DNA from: Selaginella moellendorffii | Lineage: Eukaryota; Plantae; Lycopodiophyta | Assembly: GCF_000143415.4 (NCBI RefSeq) | Contig: NW_003314269.1 | Coordinates: forward strand, 1,681,544 to 1,745,543 | Reading direction: 5' to 3' | Length of the DNA: 64,000 bases | Shown here: positions 35,828-48,836 of the stretch, piece after piece | Layout of the letters: each line of letters starts with the position of its first letter | Numbering within the stretch: the first letter of the stretch is position 1 | Notes under the pieces: model-generated | What the model was told of the DNA's origin: nothing | Database searches by the model: none | Seen by the model: the letters and a program-made list of their open reading frames with translations, nothing else | Translations under genes and position numbers: made by a program

Positions 35828-36544
35828 GAACCCTAAACGACATATATAAATCCGGACAGAGAGTATGTGTGACTGTTGAAGTAACAGACTCCTTATATCC
35901 CCAATGTTTTTCAGTAACTGGTGAGTCATCATTTGTCCAGGAAAATCATCTCTGGTATGACAGACATCAACTTGGGCTGATGCACAAAACACTCTTTAGT
36001 TTCTAGAGCTGGTTCCTTAACAATAGGCTTTCAAAATTTTGCTTGAAACGGATAACCTCATGGTGTTCAAGATTGATAACAAATCGGTTTTTAGCATTCC
36101 TTGTTAATGCAATCATCCCGTGCTCTCTTTATATGTTTACATATGATGAGAGTTTAAAATGTAATTATCAGCAGATGATGTTAACTTTCTGGCTGCTAGA
36201 TACACAATTATATAGGACAAATTAGATGCTTATACTTTCTGTCATATATATGAATTGATTATTACAAGTTTGGATTGCAGTAGCTTGTGAGTCATTCATT
36301 ACCTATGAAGGGGTACAAATTGTTATGAAGAACACTAGCACTTGCCCAGCATATGCTGCCTAGTTGGCAAAATACTGTTTTGATAATTATAATTTTGTTA
36401 TATTAAAAACTAAAATTGGAATAGTATCAAAAAATAAATATTATATTCTACTTTGAAAGAAGAATTGAAGGAATTATACCCAACAAATGTTAGGTGAACA
36501 CAAAAATCAATTCTTGTAAACTTGATAATATAAATATTTAGAAC

Positions 36545-36719
36545 TGTGAGTGCATGGAATATGGAAAGGAAATACAGAAATGTGCATATTCAATTAGCCC
36601 AAAAACCCTAGCTTATATACAGGAGCGAGTGGTCCGGATTGAAACCAATCTGACGGCTACCAAAATCCACTACGCTAATATTAGTATACGGCATCGTAGC
36701 CGTACACTTGGCCCTCACA
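36545..36719 (-). repeat. 3' LTR (175 bp)
   Basis: Direct repeat of 41382-41557, with 4 substitutions and 1 indel by eye. Confidence 0.96.
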
Positions 36720-36734
36720 TCATCCCCTCCTCTC
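36720..36734 (-). other. Polypurine tract
   Basis: Minus strand GAGAGGAGGGGATGA immediately before the 3' LTR. Confidence 0.85.
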
Positions 36735-36751
36735 GGAATAATGGAAGGCTG

Positions 36752-39700
36752 TCAGGGTTCTCTTGTAGATGGGCCGGGATCTGGAGGAACGTCAGGAGGA
36801 GGCATTGGTGGATCTGTAGACGGTATTAACTGCTCCTGATCCCTTTGTATGAAGCGTTTTAACCGCTGCACATGCACAATCTCCGGAGGATTGGCCTGCT
36901 GAACGTCATGCCGAACCTCATAAACTTGTGGTCCAACTTGCCGCAACACCCGATACGGTCCTTTCCACTGCGCAAGGAGCCCCTTAGATAAACCACGTAC
37001 CGTAAGATGGGGAAAACGGACTAACACCAAATCATCCACTTTGTACTCCGCAGGTGGACGATGATGGGAATTGTAGCGCCGTTGTTGTCCCACTTGTACG
37101 CGGCCTAAGTGTTCAGCAGACTCTGCTCGGACAAGTGGAAGAATGCTTGTCAAATATTGATCCCATGACCTAGCATCAGGAGCTCGTGGCAATCGCAAAG
37201 GTAAACCCAGCTCTGTTGGTAATATTGGATCATGACTATATAGAAGTTTATATGGTGAAGCACCAACAGAACTCTGCACCCCTGTGACATAGGCATACCG
37301 AAGAGACGGCAAATAACCATCCCAATCCGAATGTTGAAAGTTCACATACTTCGCAATCATCCCTTTGAATGTCCGAACGAGCCGTTCCACCAGACCGTCT
37401 GATTGTGGATGATAAGCACTCGTAAAAGTGTGGCGTATCCCCAACCGAGATGTCAAAACATGAAATACCTCAGCCATAAATGTAGGACCATTATCCGAAA
37501 GAATCCGCTCTGGACAAGAATGCTGGAACACCACTCGATTGAGGAGGAAGTATCCAACAGCAGTTGCAGAGGCACTAGCAAGAGCACCAACTTCCACCCA
37601 ACGAGTCAAGTAGTCAGAAGCAATAATAACATACTCATTGCTAGCAGTCGATCGTGGAAAAGGTCCCATAAGATCAAACGCCACCAACTCAAACGGTCGG
37701 GAAACTGCAATTGACTCCAACCGTCCTTCCGCAGCACAAGGAGGAGTATTACGAGCTTGGCACCAAACGCAGCTACGCACATACCGGATAATATCACGTC
37801 GCATCTCTGGCCAATAGAAAGACCTGCGTAGCTTCTCGGTGACACGACAGTGTCCCATATGCCCACCTAGAACAGGAGAATCATGGTAGGCATGGAGAAA
37901 CCGCGGAATAAACACTGAAGGCACCACCAGCCGTAAATGATCAGCAGGATCTGTCCCCACAAAATAAAGAAGGCCATCTTCAAGGCGATATTGAGAATGT
38001 AAATGCCGAAAAGGCAAGTCATCAGCAAGTGATGCAGGATTCTCAAACCCATCTCGAAGCCTTCGAATCCACGGCTCAATCTTTTGAGCCTCGCGAACCT
38101 CATCAAGAGAAGGTAGATCTTGCTCTACGCCCTGTGGACACTGAACGTCAAGGACAGCAACCGCCGACGGCACAGAATCCTCATCTAGAAAATCCACAAA
38201 TGCTGGAACAACAGGTTCGTCAGAAACATGAGAAGTGAGTGGAGAAGGAAGAGGAGCTCGAGAAAAAGCATCAGCATCAGCCATAGAACTCCCTGGGCGA
38301 TGAACAACATCAAAATCATATATCTGAAGCTTCAAAGCCCATCGAGCCGTACGACCAACCAGGTTCTTCCGCTTCAATAATGAAGTAACAGCAGCATGGT
38401 CACCTTCAAGTAACGTCCGAGAACCATGTAGATATGCATGAAGTTTCTCGAAACCCCAGACTGCTGCTAAACACTCCTTCTCCGTCGTGGAGTAGTTCAT
38501 CTCCGCTGGTTGTAATGTACGGCTGATGTATGCAATGGGATGGTGCTGACCAGGCACACTGGAGCTCTCTTGCATCAACACACCTCCAAGACCAATATCA
38601 GAAGCATCCACGCGCAAAATAAAAGGTCGAGTGTAGTCAGGATATGCCAAAACCGGAGGAGTCGTCAATAGCTCTTTGAGATTCATGAACGCCCGCTCAC
38701 AATCGGGAGACCAGATGAAAGATGACGTTGATGACTTCAGCAACGCTCGCAATGGTGTAGTGCGATCGGAAAGATGATCCACAAAACGACCGAGATACTG
38801 CACCTTACCCAAAAAGCGCTGCACATCATTCACACACTTTGGAGTAGGGAACTTTAGAACAGCCACAAGTTTGTCAGGATCAACTTGCAAACCCTCACGA
38901 GAAATACGGTACCCAAGATAAGTTGTGTCCTTGGACCCAAACACGCACTTCGACCGCTTCAGCTTTAAACTAACGTCGCGTAGCCGATCCAACACTTTAC
39001 AAACATCACGAACATGCTCCTCCCACGTCCCCTCCGAGTGGATCAAGACATCATCAATGAAGTCAGCCGTCACCTCCGGCATATCGCAAAGAACCTCGTC
39101 CATCATCCGCTGAAAAGTTGTTGGAGCATTGTTCAAACCAAACGGCATCACCAAAAACTCGTACAAACCAAATGGTGTACGAAAAGCAGTCTTAAGAATA
39201 TCTTCTTCAGCCATCGGTACTTGCCAATACCCAAAAGCAAGATCTAGCTTGGTGAACCAACGACTTCACCCCAGACGATCCAAGATATCAGCAGTGTGAG
39301 GAAGAGGGTACACGTCCGGGATCATCACTTCATTTAACGGACGATAGTCGATGTAGAAATGAATACTCCCATCAGACTTCGTCACAAGATGAGGTTCACA
39401 TGCCCAAGGACTCCGCGACTTCCGAATAACACCCTTCTCCAACATCTCCTTGACGTTTGCACGTAAAATCTTGATCTCCTTGGGTGACCGACGACGAACA
39501 TGAACCTTGATTGGACGAGCATCCCCGGTTAGAATGGGATGACGTGTGGCAATCTTGGCCCCAGACGATAGGTCAAACTCAAAGAGATCAGAATACTCCT
39601 TCATGAGTTGGTCAACAGCTGCAACACAAAGATCATCGGAGGGATCGGAAAAGGGAAGAGCAGAACAAGATGGAAACACAAGAGGAAATAGTGGGGGAAC

Positions 39701-40239
39701 AAAAGTAATGGAAGCAGAGGTAGAAGTAGAGGGACGAAGAGGTACGGAAGTGAGAGGAATGGATGAAACATAAGGAAGTATGAGACAAGGGGGAGAAGCC
39801 TCAAAGTCACACTTGGCATGATTGTGCTGCAACCAATCCATACCAAGAATGAGGTCAAAAGCTTGACTCAGCACCACCCGCAACGACTGCAACTCAAGCT
39901 CGAGATCGCCCACACGCACAACCAGGTCCGCCTCATCTCGTGCACATGCATGTGTACGGCCGTTGCCATAAAGAATGAAAACTGGATCCGCCGCACGACG
40001 CAAGTGTAGACGACAACGTGTGGCAACAGGTCGAGCAATAGAAGATAAACTCGAACCTGTATCAACCAACACGGAGAGAAGAATAGGAGACCTCTTGTTA
40101 TAAAAACGAGCTTGGAAAGTAAACACTGGATGAACCGGTGCCGAGTGAACCCCTTGATGATACTCCCGAAATAAAGATAGAGGGGTCACTAACTTATTCG
40201 TGCAAGGTCCCTCCATTACTCGCGCGACTCCTCGTTTCC
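36752..40239 (-). pseudogene. pol: pol (protease, RT, RNase H, integrase) with an in-frame TGA at 39266-39268
   Basis: LVDTGS..ILGMDWL; MPFGL, FIDD; DASD..EKECLA; H-H-C-C zinc finger, DNG, PQSDGLVER and a GPY motif; no chromodomain. Confidence 0.95.
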
Positions 40240-41148
40240 CGAATGCACCTCGGTATCCAAACCTTCCACCGCAGCAGCACCAACGGGACGTTGCTGACGC
40301 CAAGGTCTCCACCCAGGAAATGGAGGTCGCCAATCCGGAAAGCGCCGACAACGCCGATAAATATGACCAACTTCATCACACGCCCAGCAACGAACGTCAC
40401 GGCCACGACCACGTCCTCGCCCTTGTCCTTGGACTCGAGTAGCAGCAGCATCAACCTCCATGGGAACAGGACCATCACTCATAGGAAGTGGAGTTGAATG
40501 ACGTGTAGCAAGAAGTGGAAGAGGCGACGTCTCATAACGTTGTGCCAAGCGAAGAGCATCGTCAAGAGTGGCAGGAGCAAGTGCATGCACAAGTCCGACA
40601 AGATCTTGACGAAGTGCTAGCCACAGCATTCCTAGCTTGATCCGCTCCGACATATTTGGCTCCGCACGAAGCAAAAGACTTCGGAAACGAACGCCAAATT
40701 GCATCACCGACTCAGATGGCCCTTGGCGAAGACGATGCAATTGTTGGAAGGCATCATCACAATCGTCGACGTGTCCGAAGGCGCGTTTGAAGACGTCCGG
40801 AAGAACACTCCAATCACCACGAGTAGCTGCGCTCAATCCATTGTACCACTGCAATGCCGTCCCTTGGAGACATGTGGGGAACTCACGCAAACGTCAAGCA
40901 TCATTCCAAGAATGATATGTGGCAATCACCGTGAAGTGATCGAACCAATGGTACACATCATCTCCAGGATTCCCACGAAAGAACTCCGGCCGAACGCGAG
41001 GATTGGCACCAAAAGCAGGAGGAGTTGTACCATGTGCCGTGAACGCCGCCATCAACTGAGTTTGGTTGTTCAATTGCAAGCGCATAGCATCAAGCAATTG
41101 AACCACCTACTGCTCTAGAGTCAAAGGAGGAGATTGCGAATCGGCCAT
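40216..41148 (-). pseudogene. gag: gag with in-frame stops at 41107-41109 and 40894-40896
   Basis: ATG at 41148; LQGTALQWY, LRQGPSESV, PVPMEVD and a CWACDEVGHIYRRC zinc knuckle. Confidence 0.9.
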
Positions 41149-41212
41149 GAAAATGAATGAAAAAGAAAGAGCAAAAGAAGAGAAATGACAAAAAGCTGGA
41201 AAGAAATGGCGG

Positions 41213-41330
41213 ATCTAGACAATGCAAAAAGCTAGATCTAAACCAAAATCCTGAAAGGAAAGAACAAAAGAAAGGAAATGGAAAAAGCTAGATCTAGACA
41301 ATGCAAAAGCTAAATCTAAACCGAAATCCC
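41213..41330. repeat. ~40-bp direct repeat in the retroelement 5' leader
   Basis: atctagacaatgcaaaa(a)gcta(g/a)atctaaacc(a/g)aaatcc at ~41213 and ~41292. Confidence 0.8.
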
Positions 41331-41364
41331 AAATCCAAGCACTCCCCAGGGACAATCAAAGGTG

Positions 41365-41380
41365 CCCCTCACCTCCACCA
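41365..41380 (-). other. Primer-binding site, probably tRNA-Ala
   Basis: Minus strand TGGTGGAGGTGAGGGG, 1 nt after the 5' LTR. It is complementary to a ...CCCCxCACCUCCACCA 3' end typical of tRNA-Ala. Confidence 0.75.
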
Positions 41381-41381
41381 A

Positions 41382-41557
41382 TGTGAGTGCATGGAATATG
41401 GAAAGGGAATACAGAAATGTGCATATATCAATTAGCCCAAAAACCCTAGCTTATATATAGGAGCGAGTGGTCCGGATTGAAACCAATCCGACGGCTACCA
41501 AAATCCACTACGCTAATATTAGTATACGGCATCGTAGCCATACACTTGGCCCTCACA
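41382..41557 (-). repeat. 5' LTR (176 bp)
   Basis: Direct repeat of 36545-36719. Confidence 0.96.
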
Positions 41558-41756
41558 GAACAAAATATATTCCTAGGCATAAGTAAGAATAAATATTCAT
41601 TAATAAAAATATTTGATACAAATTATTATTTAAAAATATGAATATATTTAGAAAAATACCGGACAAAAAAAATAAACAGGAAATTTCTATTATTAATAAT
41701 ATGTTATATGTAAACTACATCTTCTTCCTTGATGTTCTTCCTTAAATTATTCGTGG

Positions 41757-41839
41757 GTGAAGAGTCCTGATGGAGATATTATCGACTGCGTTCCCAGCCG
41801 GCATTCGATCATCCATTGCTGCAAGGCTCCAAGCTACAG
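41757..41839 (+). pseudogene. Neprosin (DUF4409 pro-peptide) exon fragment
   Basis: VKSPDGDIIDCVP, a frameshifting deletion, then QPAFDHPLLQGSKLQ followed by a GT donor. Confidence 0.75.
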
Positions 41840-42392
41840 GTTCTCATATAAATTCTCACTTCCTTAGAAATCTCCTCTAACTTTCATGCCTGCTTGTTTG
41901 ATCGGTGGTAAACTTGGTTCCCACGTTTGCGTGTTTTCCTTCGAGCATTCGTATAGTTACGTGATTCTTCTTGTTCTACCATTTTGCTCGAGGCATTGGT
42001 GTGACTGATCGAGCGAATTTTTTGCTATCAACTTTACAGATCTCGCCATCAAATTCCTCGTTTCTTCTGGCCTCCAAGAGTGGCACCAAGCCGGCCAGCG
42101 TTGTCCCAAAGGCAGCATTCCAGTCCGCCGGACGCTCGAGCTGGACGTGGAGAGAATCGCTCAGCAGCGCAAAAATCACTCGATCGATTCCTTTGCTCGC
42201 AAATCCCAGGGCCCTCCACACGTAGACAGCCACAACAGCCCTACGTCAACTCGAAACACCTGGTTCCTACAAACAGAGTTGATCCCGAGCATGTGCTGAA
42301 ACAAAAATCCCTCACCAGGCCCAGCAGCAAAGGATTTCTCGAGAGAATCCGGGGATGAAGAGGGAGTGTCCTTGATAATTGCTTTCCTGTAG

Positions 42393-42566
42393 GCCAAAGA
42401 GCTCGTGAGGCAGTGGCGAACAGGGATCATACCAAAGGCTGCCGCAAATGGGAGGATTTCCTCACACCAGAATGGCCGCCATTCAAGAACACGTCTGGAT
42501 GGAAGCTCGACGAAATATTTCGACTTCTTGGTGATTGGGAGCAGTGTTGCTGGCCTTCGGTATACG
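42393..42566 (+). pseudogene. L-aspartate oxidase N-terminal exon fragment
   Basis: After the acceptor ttcctgtag the frame reads ...RLDGSSTKYFDFLVIGSSVAGLRY (GSGVAG FAD motif with G>S). Similarity then stops. Confidence 0.7.
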
Positions 42567-43609
42567 CAATGTTGCCAGGTTGCGTCCGGTGGGGCGTCTT
42601 CTCCGACCTCATGAGCTCGGCTTGGCATAGGGCCTGGTAAGCCAGCATCTCCTGCTTCGCCTGGGCCTCGTTGATCCTACCATTCTACTCGCCCCTGTTA
42701 CTTACCACGCACAGGCTCTCACGGGAATGCCCACACAACCGTGTCCGACCAGAGTAGCCATGGAGCCCTAGGAGTGCATGGCATAACACTTGTCACCACG
42801 CCCTCTTCCCTTCCCGGCCACGCGTGCATCTTGCCCATTGGCCGCCACAACATTGAGCCGATATTCCCGCTAACCATGGCCACCGGCCCTGGCCCGAGCC
42901 TGGGCTGGCCTCCCCTTGCCGAGAACCATGGCTTCCGAGGCTGCCCCGGGCCTGGGATCGGACGGCTGCGGGGGTGTGGGTTCTTCGTTCTTATTATTAT
43001 AGATGTTGGAGATAGTCCACCACTATTAGCTATGGAATCTTAAAGTGGCATAGCATAAGCAAAGGCATAAGAGACAAGTTAAAGAAGGCTACTATACAAC
43101 ATTGCAATTTTTAGCCAGTAAAGAATCTCAGGTGCACTAGACACTTTGAAAGTTAACACCTTAGTTCCAATTTCACAGTGTTTTTGTCCTCCATAAAACT
43201 TGTAGATAGTTTTTGTCGCTACAAACAGGTACTCGAGGGCACTGCTACTGCTGCTGCCTTGCTCTTCCCCAACTTCCTCACCCCCTTCTGTTCTACTGGT
43301 TTCTTTCCTTTAGCCATTCTTTACCTCAAAAACTTTGATCCGAGGTATAGCTTACGTTTTCCTGCTCTTCAAAGTGGTGTTTTGTTTTCTCCTTATTGTT
43401 TTGCAGGAATCTGCTGTTCAAGCACGTGGAATCCTCAAACCACTATGCTCTTAAGCAAAAGTAAAACAATCACAGGAATAAAACAGGCACGTACAAAGAA
43501 TTAAAAGAGAGAAAAGATAGGTACGATTGATTCTCCCATGGACTAACTAATTTTATAGTGAAGTATTCAACTCAATCAGCAACTCCTTTATATATATCCC
43601 AAGGGAGCC

Positions 43610-43795
43610 TGCAGTAATGTCTCAAATTCCAGAGCCAAAAGACACCGTGGCCAGCAGGAGTGTGCCTTCGGGAACGATCATCACGTCTCCTTGCTGGAGG
43701 GTGGGCAAACAGGATGTTGCTTGAGTTGACAAACTTGAGATCCACGAGTCCTATGATGAAATGCTCGCGGTGGTAGTGCAACGTTGAAGGCATGG
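43610..43795 (-). pseudogene. Germin-like/cupin fragment
   Basis: LHYHR..LKFVNSSNILFAH, a frameshift, then LQQGDVMIVPEG, resembling germin HxHPR..GFV..NxLF..LxxGDVxVxPxG. Confidence 0.55.
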
Positions 43796-44289
43796 TGTAT
43801 AAGAATATTAACATTAAAATTTAATTAGAGAAAGTTTAAATCTTTGAATATGTTTGAATATTCTTAAATATTTTAAGTATATCCCTTCCCTTTTAAAGGT
43901 GCTTGGCCATCTACCAAAAATGTTGAGAATTTGTGAGAAAAAAGAAGAAGCAAGCAAACAATGTTAGTAATGCTCTTCAAAAAGCTTAGGAGAAAAGTAG
44001 ACTGCTGCTAGAATTGCTACTAGAATTTCTTTTAGGATGGAAGAAATGTTCCTCTTACTTCATTTACTTTAGAAAACCTAACTTGGCGAAAAAAGCTATG
44101 CCACTCTTCTTTGACAATGAAAGGAAGTAGCGTGGTAAAGATCATTCGAAGAAACGAAGGAAGAGGAATGTTGCTTCCTTTCACAAAAGAACTGTAAAAA
44201 GTTTATCGATATATAAGCAAAGATAAACAAAGCTCAGTGGATCACAACTTTGAGTTCAAATTGATTACTAGATTAGTAGACTGCACAAG

Positions 44290-44900
44290 ATAATCAGCAA
44301 GTCCAAAAGCTTTCGTGGCATCCAAGTGTGCATTACATCCACGCCAAAGGGTCGGGCTCCCAAGGCATGCCACCGATCAACTGCTTGGCCTCCCCAAAAA
44401 CACGATGGCACCGCTTGGTAATCCCCGCCATGATCGCAAACACCTCCACGCTCTCCTTGACCCGTAAACGTGAAGTTGTCTGTGGCATAGCCCTCCAAGC
44501 TATGCCCGTGGATGGCAAATGCTGCAATAAGACTGTTCCAGCTGATAAGTTTTTCTCCACACTCGCAACCGGAGATTGAGGCGAGCTCATATATACTCGA
44601 GTATGGACTCTTCTCTCTTAGGACGTACCTGGTTTGCATGGATGCCTCGTGGTCGAGCGCTCCTTACAGTGCGTTTTGGGCATATGCGGCCATCATAGCA
44701 GACCACGAGACAGTATCCAAGAACTGCAGCTGGGAAGTAAAAATCCTATCGTGCTTTTCTTTTCTCTGCGGGCAGTAACAAAAGTCACCCTAACTTTCTC
44801 AAATCGTGGCACAGTTAGCTTGCTGTGGTCTTCAATCTTTTAAAAAAGATCCAGCTTTCGATAAATTGCCCGGCATGGGTATGTGTTGCATTCATAGGAT
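44290..44900 (-). pseudogene. PLS-PPR remnant
   Basis: TVSWSAMMAAYAQN, ISWNSLIAAFAIHG and EAKQLIGGMPWEPDPLAW lie in shifting frames. Confidence 0.75.
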
Positions 44901-45261
44901 TTCACGACACAACATTTGGTTACGTGCAATACATTCTCACGCGATCGATCAATCCGCAGCTGGCGTACATCAGCAGCTAATTTACCACCGCGATGTTGCT
45001 GGAGAAGCTGCCGCTGGTCGCAGCACGAGATTTCTAGGCTATAAAACCCTTTTTACCGTGAAAATTTTAATGGCTACCCAAGGGAGCCCTTGGCTATACC
45101 GCAATCGATAAGATCTGTCCCGTTGCTAGGGTTGGGGGTTCGAATACTATCCCGTGTGAGCCAGAGAAATTCGTAACAAGGTATATACTAGCGGTTAGCC
45201 TAAGGGTTTATTTTTATTTATTTATTTAAGTTCTCATACATGAGACTTTACATTTGCGAAT

Positions 45262-47621
<2,360 letters not shown>

Positions 47622-47774
47622 CTATCTTCGTGTCATTCTTTGGAGCCACAAAGACGAGACCGACCCTTGCTGGCCAGGGAACTTTTAAGCCGCGAGATTA
47701 GTTTCGACATTAGATTATCTTGCTCGTCCTAAGTAAATACGATGCTTGTTCTCGCGAAGAACCCTAAATAAATT

Positions 47775-48533
47775 ATGAGAGGGGGAGCGATGGAAGGCGC
47801 GGTGGCAGCTGCGGATCAATCGCTCGATCCTGCCGCTGTTCCATCGGCCTACTCTTCCTTCTCGAATCTGCCGCTGGTAGCAGCCTTCGTTTCGTTCGTG
47901 GCCGCGCAATCGCTCAAGATCGTCACCACCTGGTAGGGATTTCTGGGGTTTTCGATCCCTAGGATCAATGCGCTCGGTGCTAGGTCCGCAGGTACAAGGA
48001 GAAGCGGTGGGATTTGAAGAGAATGGCTGGATCGGGGGGAATGCCGTCGTCGCATTCCGCCACTGTGATCGGGCTCACTGTTGCGATTGGGCTCCGGGAC
48101 GGCACTGGAGGATCTCTCTTTGCGATTGCGCTGGTCTTGGCGAGCATAGTAAGTTTCTTCCTCGTTGACGTCGAGAAATATGTGAACTTTCTCTTCTTTT
48201 TTATTTTTCTCCCAGGTTATGTACGATGCGTCTAGTGTCAGGTTTCATGCTGGGAGGCAAGCCGAGGTAAAAGTGCGAGTCACTTCTTCGCTCATTCCGA
48301 AAGAGTTTTGCGTGATCCAGGTGTTGAACCAGATAGTGTTTGAGCTACCACCGGAGCATCCTTTGGCAGACTCTAGACCCTTGAGAGAGCCTCTTGGACA
48401 CACTCCACCACAGGTAACGTTGTGTACTTCTCGTTTCTTCTGCATCGATTTTCTGTTCCAGGTTGCTGCCGGTGCTGCTCTTGGGTGCTTCATCGCCTAC
48501 ATCTTGTACTTGATATCCTTACTGGGAGTTTGA
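47775..48533 (+). CDS. DUF212 acid phosphatase/vanadium-dependent haloperoxidase-related protein
   Basis: AQSLK..W|YKEKRWD..SGGMPSSHSA..|VMYDASSVRFHAGRQAE|VLNQIV..LGHTPPQ|VAAGA. Confidence 0.93.
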
Positions 48534-48836
48534 TTGGTGGTATATATTGTTAAGCTTCTGATTACGAGTGGATCTGTGCTAACGTGATACCAATTTTCAC
48601 GTAGCGAGGTCTGCGAGAATCTCAGCTGATTCAGGTACTTGTAAAACGATTGCCTTTTAATGGATCTGCGTGTTTTATTTTCGAAGGCTCGACAAGATCT
48701 TTTTAACTATAATCTACTCGAACGTTTTATTTGAAACTCAATGAAAGAAAAACTGCGATCGCAAATACGAGGGCAACGGCAGGCAAGTTATGTATAAGCT
48801 GGAAGAAAAGCTGACTGTTGAAGAGGAAGAATAAAC

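Larger units (their letters stand above)
36545..41557 (-). mobile_element. Full-length Ty3/gypsy LTR retrotransposon (non-chromovirus), inactivated by stop codons
   Basis: Two ~175-bp LTRs (TGTGAG...CTCACA), 4-bp TSD GAAC, PBS, PPT, and gag-PR-RT-RH-INT order. Confidence 0.97.

Noticed and set aside
35830-36544. AT-rich region as a possible MITE or Helitron end
   Set aside because: No terminal inverted repeats or hairpin-CTAG end could be identified by eye.
36752-36860. Possible chromodomain or env-like ORF after integrase
   Set aside because: The integrase ends in a short Pro-rich tail directly before the PPT, leaving no room.
41360-41381. tRNA-like 3' end (…CTCCACCA)
   Set aside because: Only 16 nt with no cloverleaf; it is the retroelement PBS.
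41976-42628. Minus-strand ORFs of 85 and 150 aa
   Set aside because: No motifs, and the opposite strand carries the recognisable aspartate-oxidase fragment.
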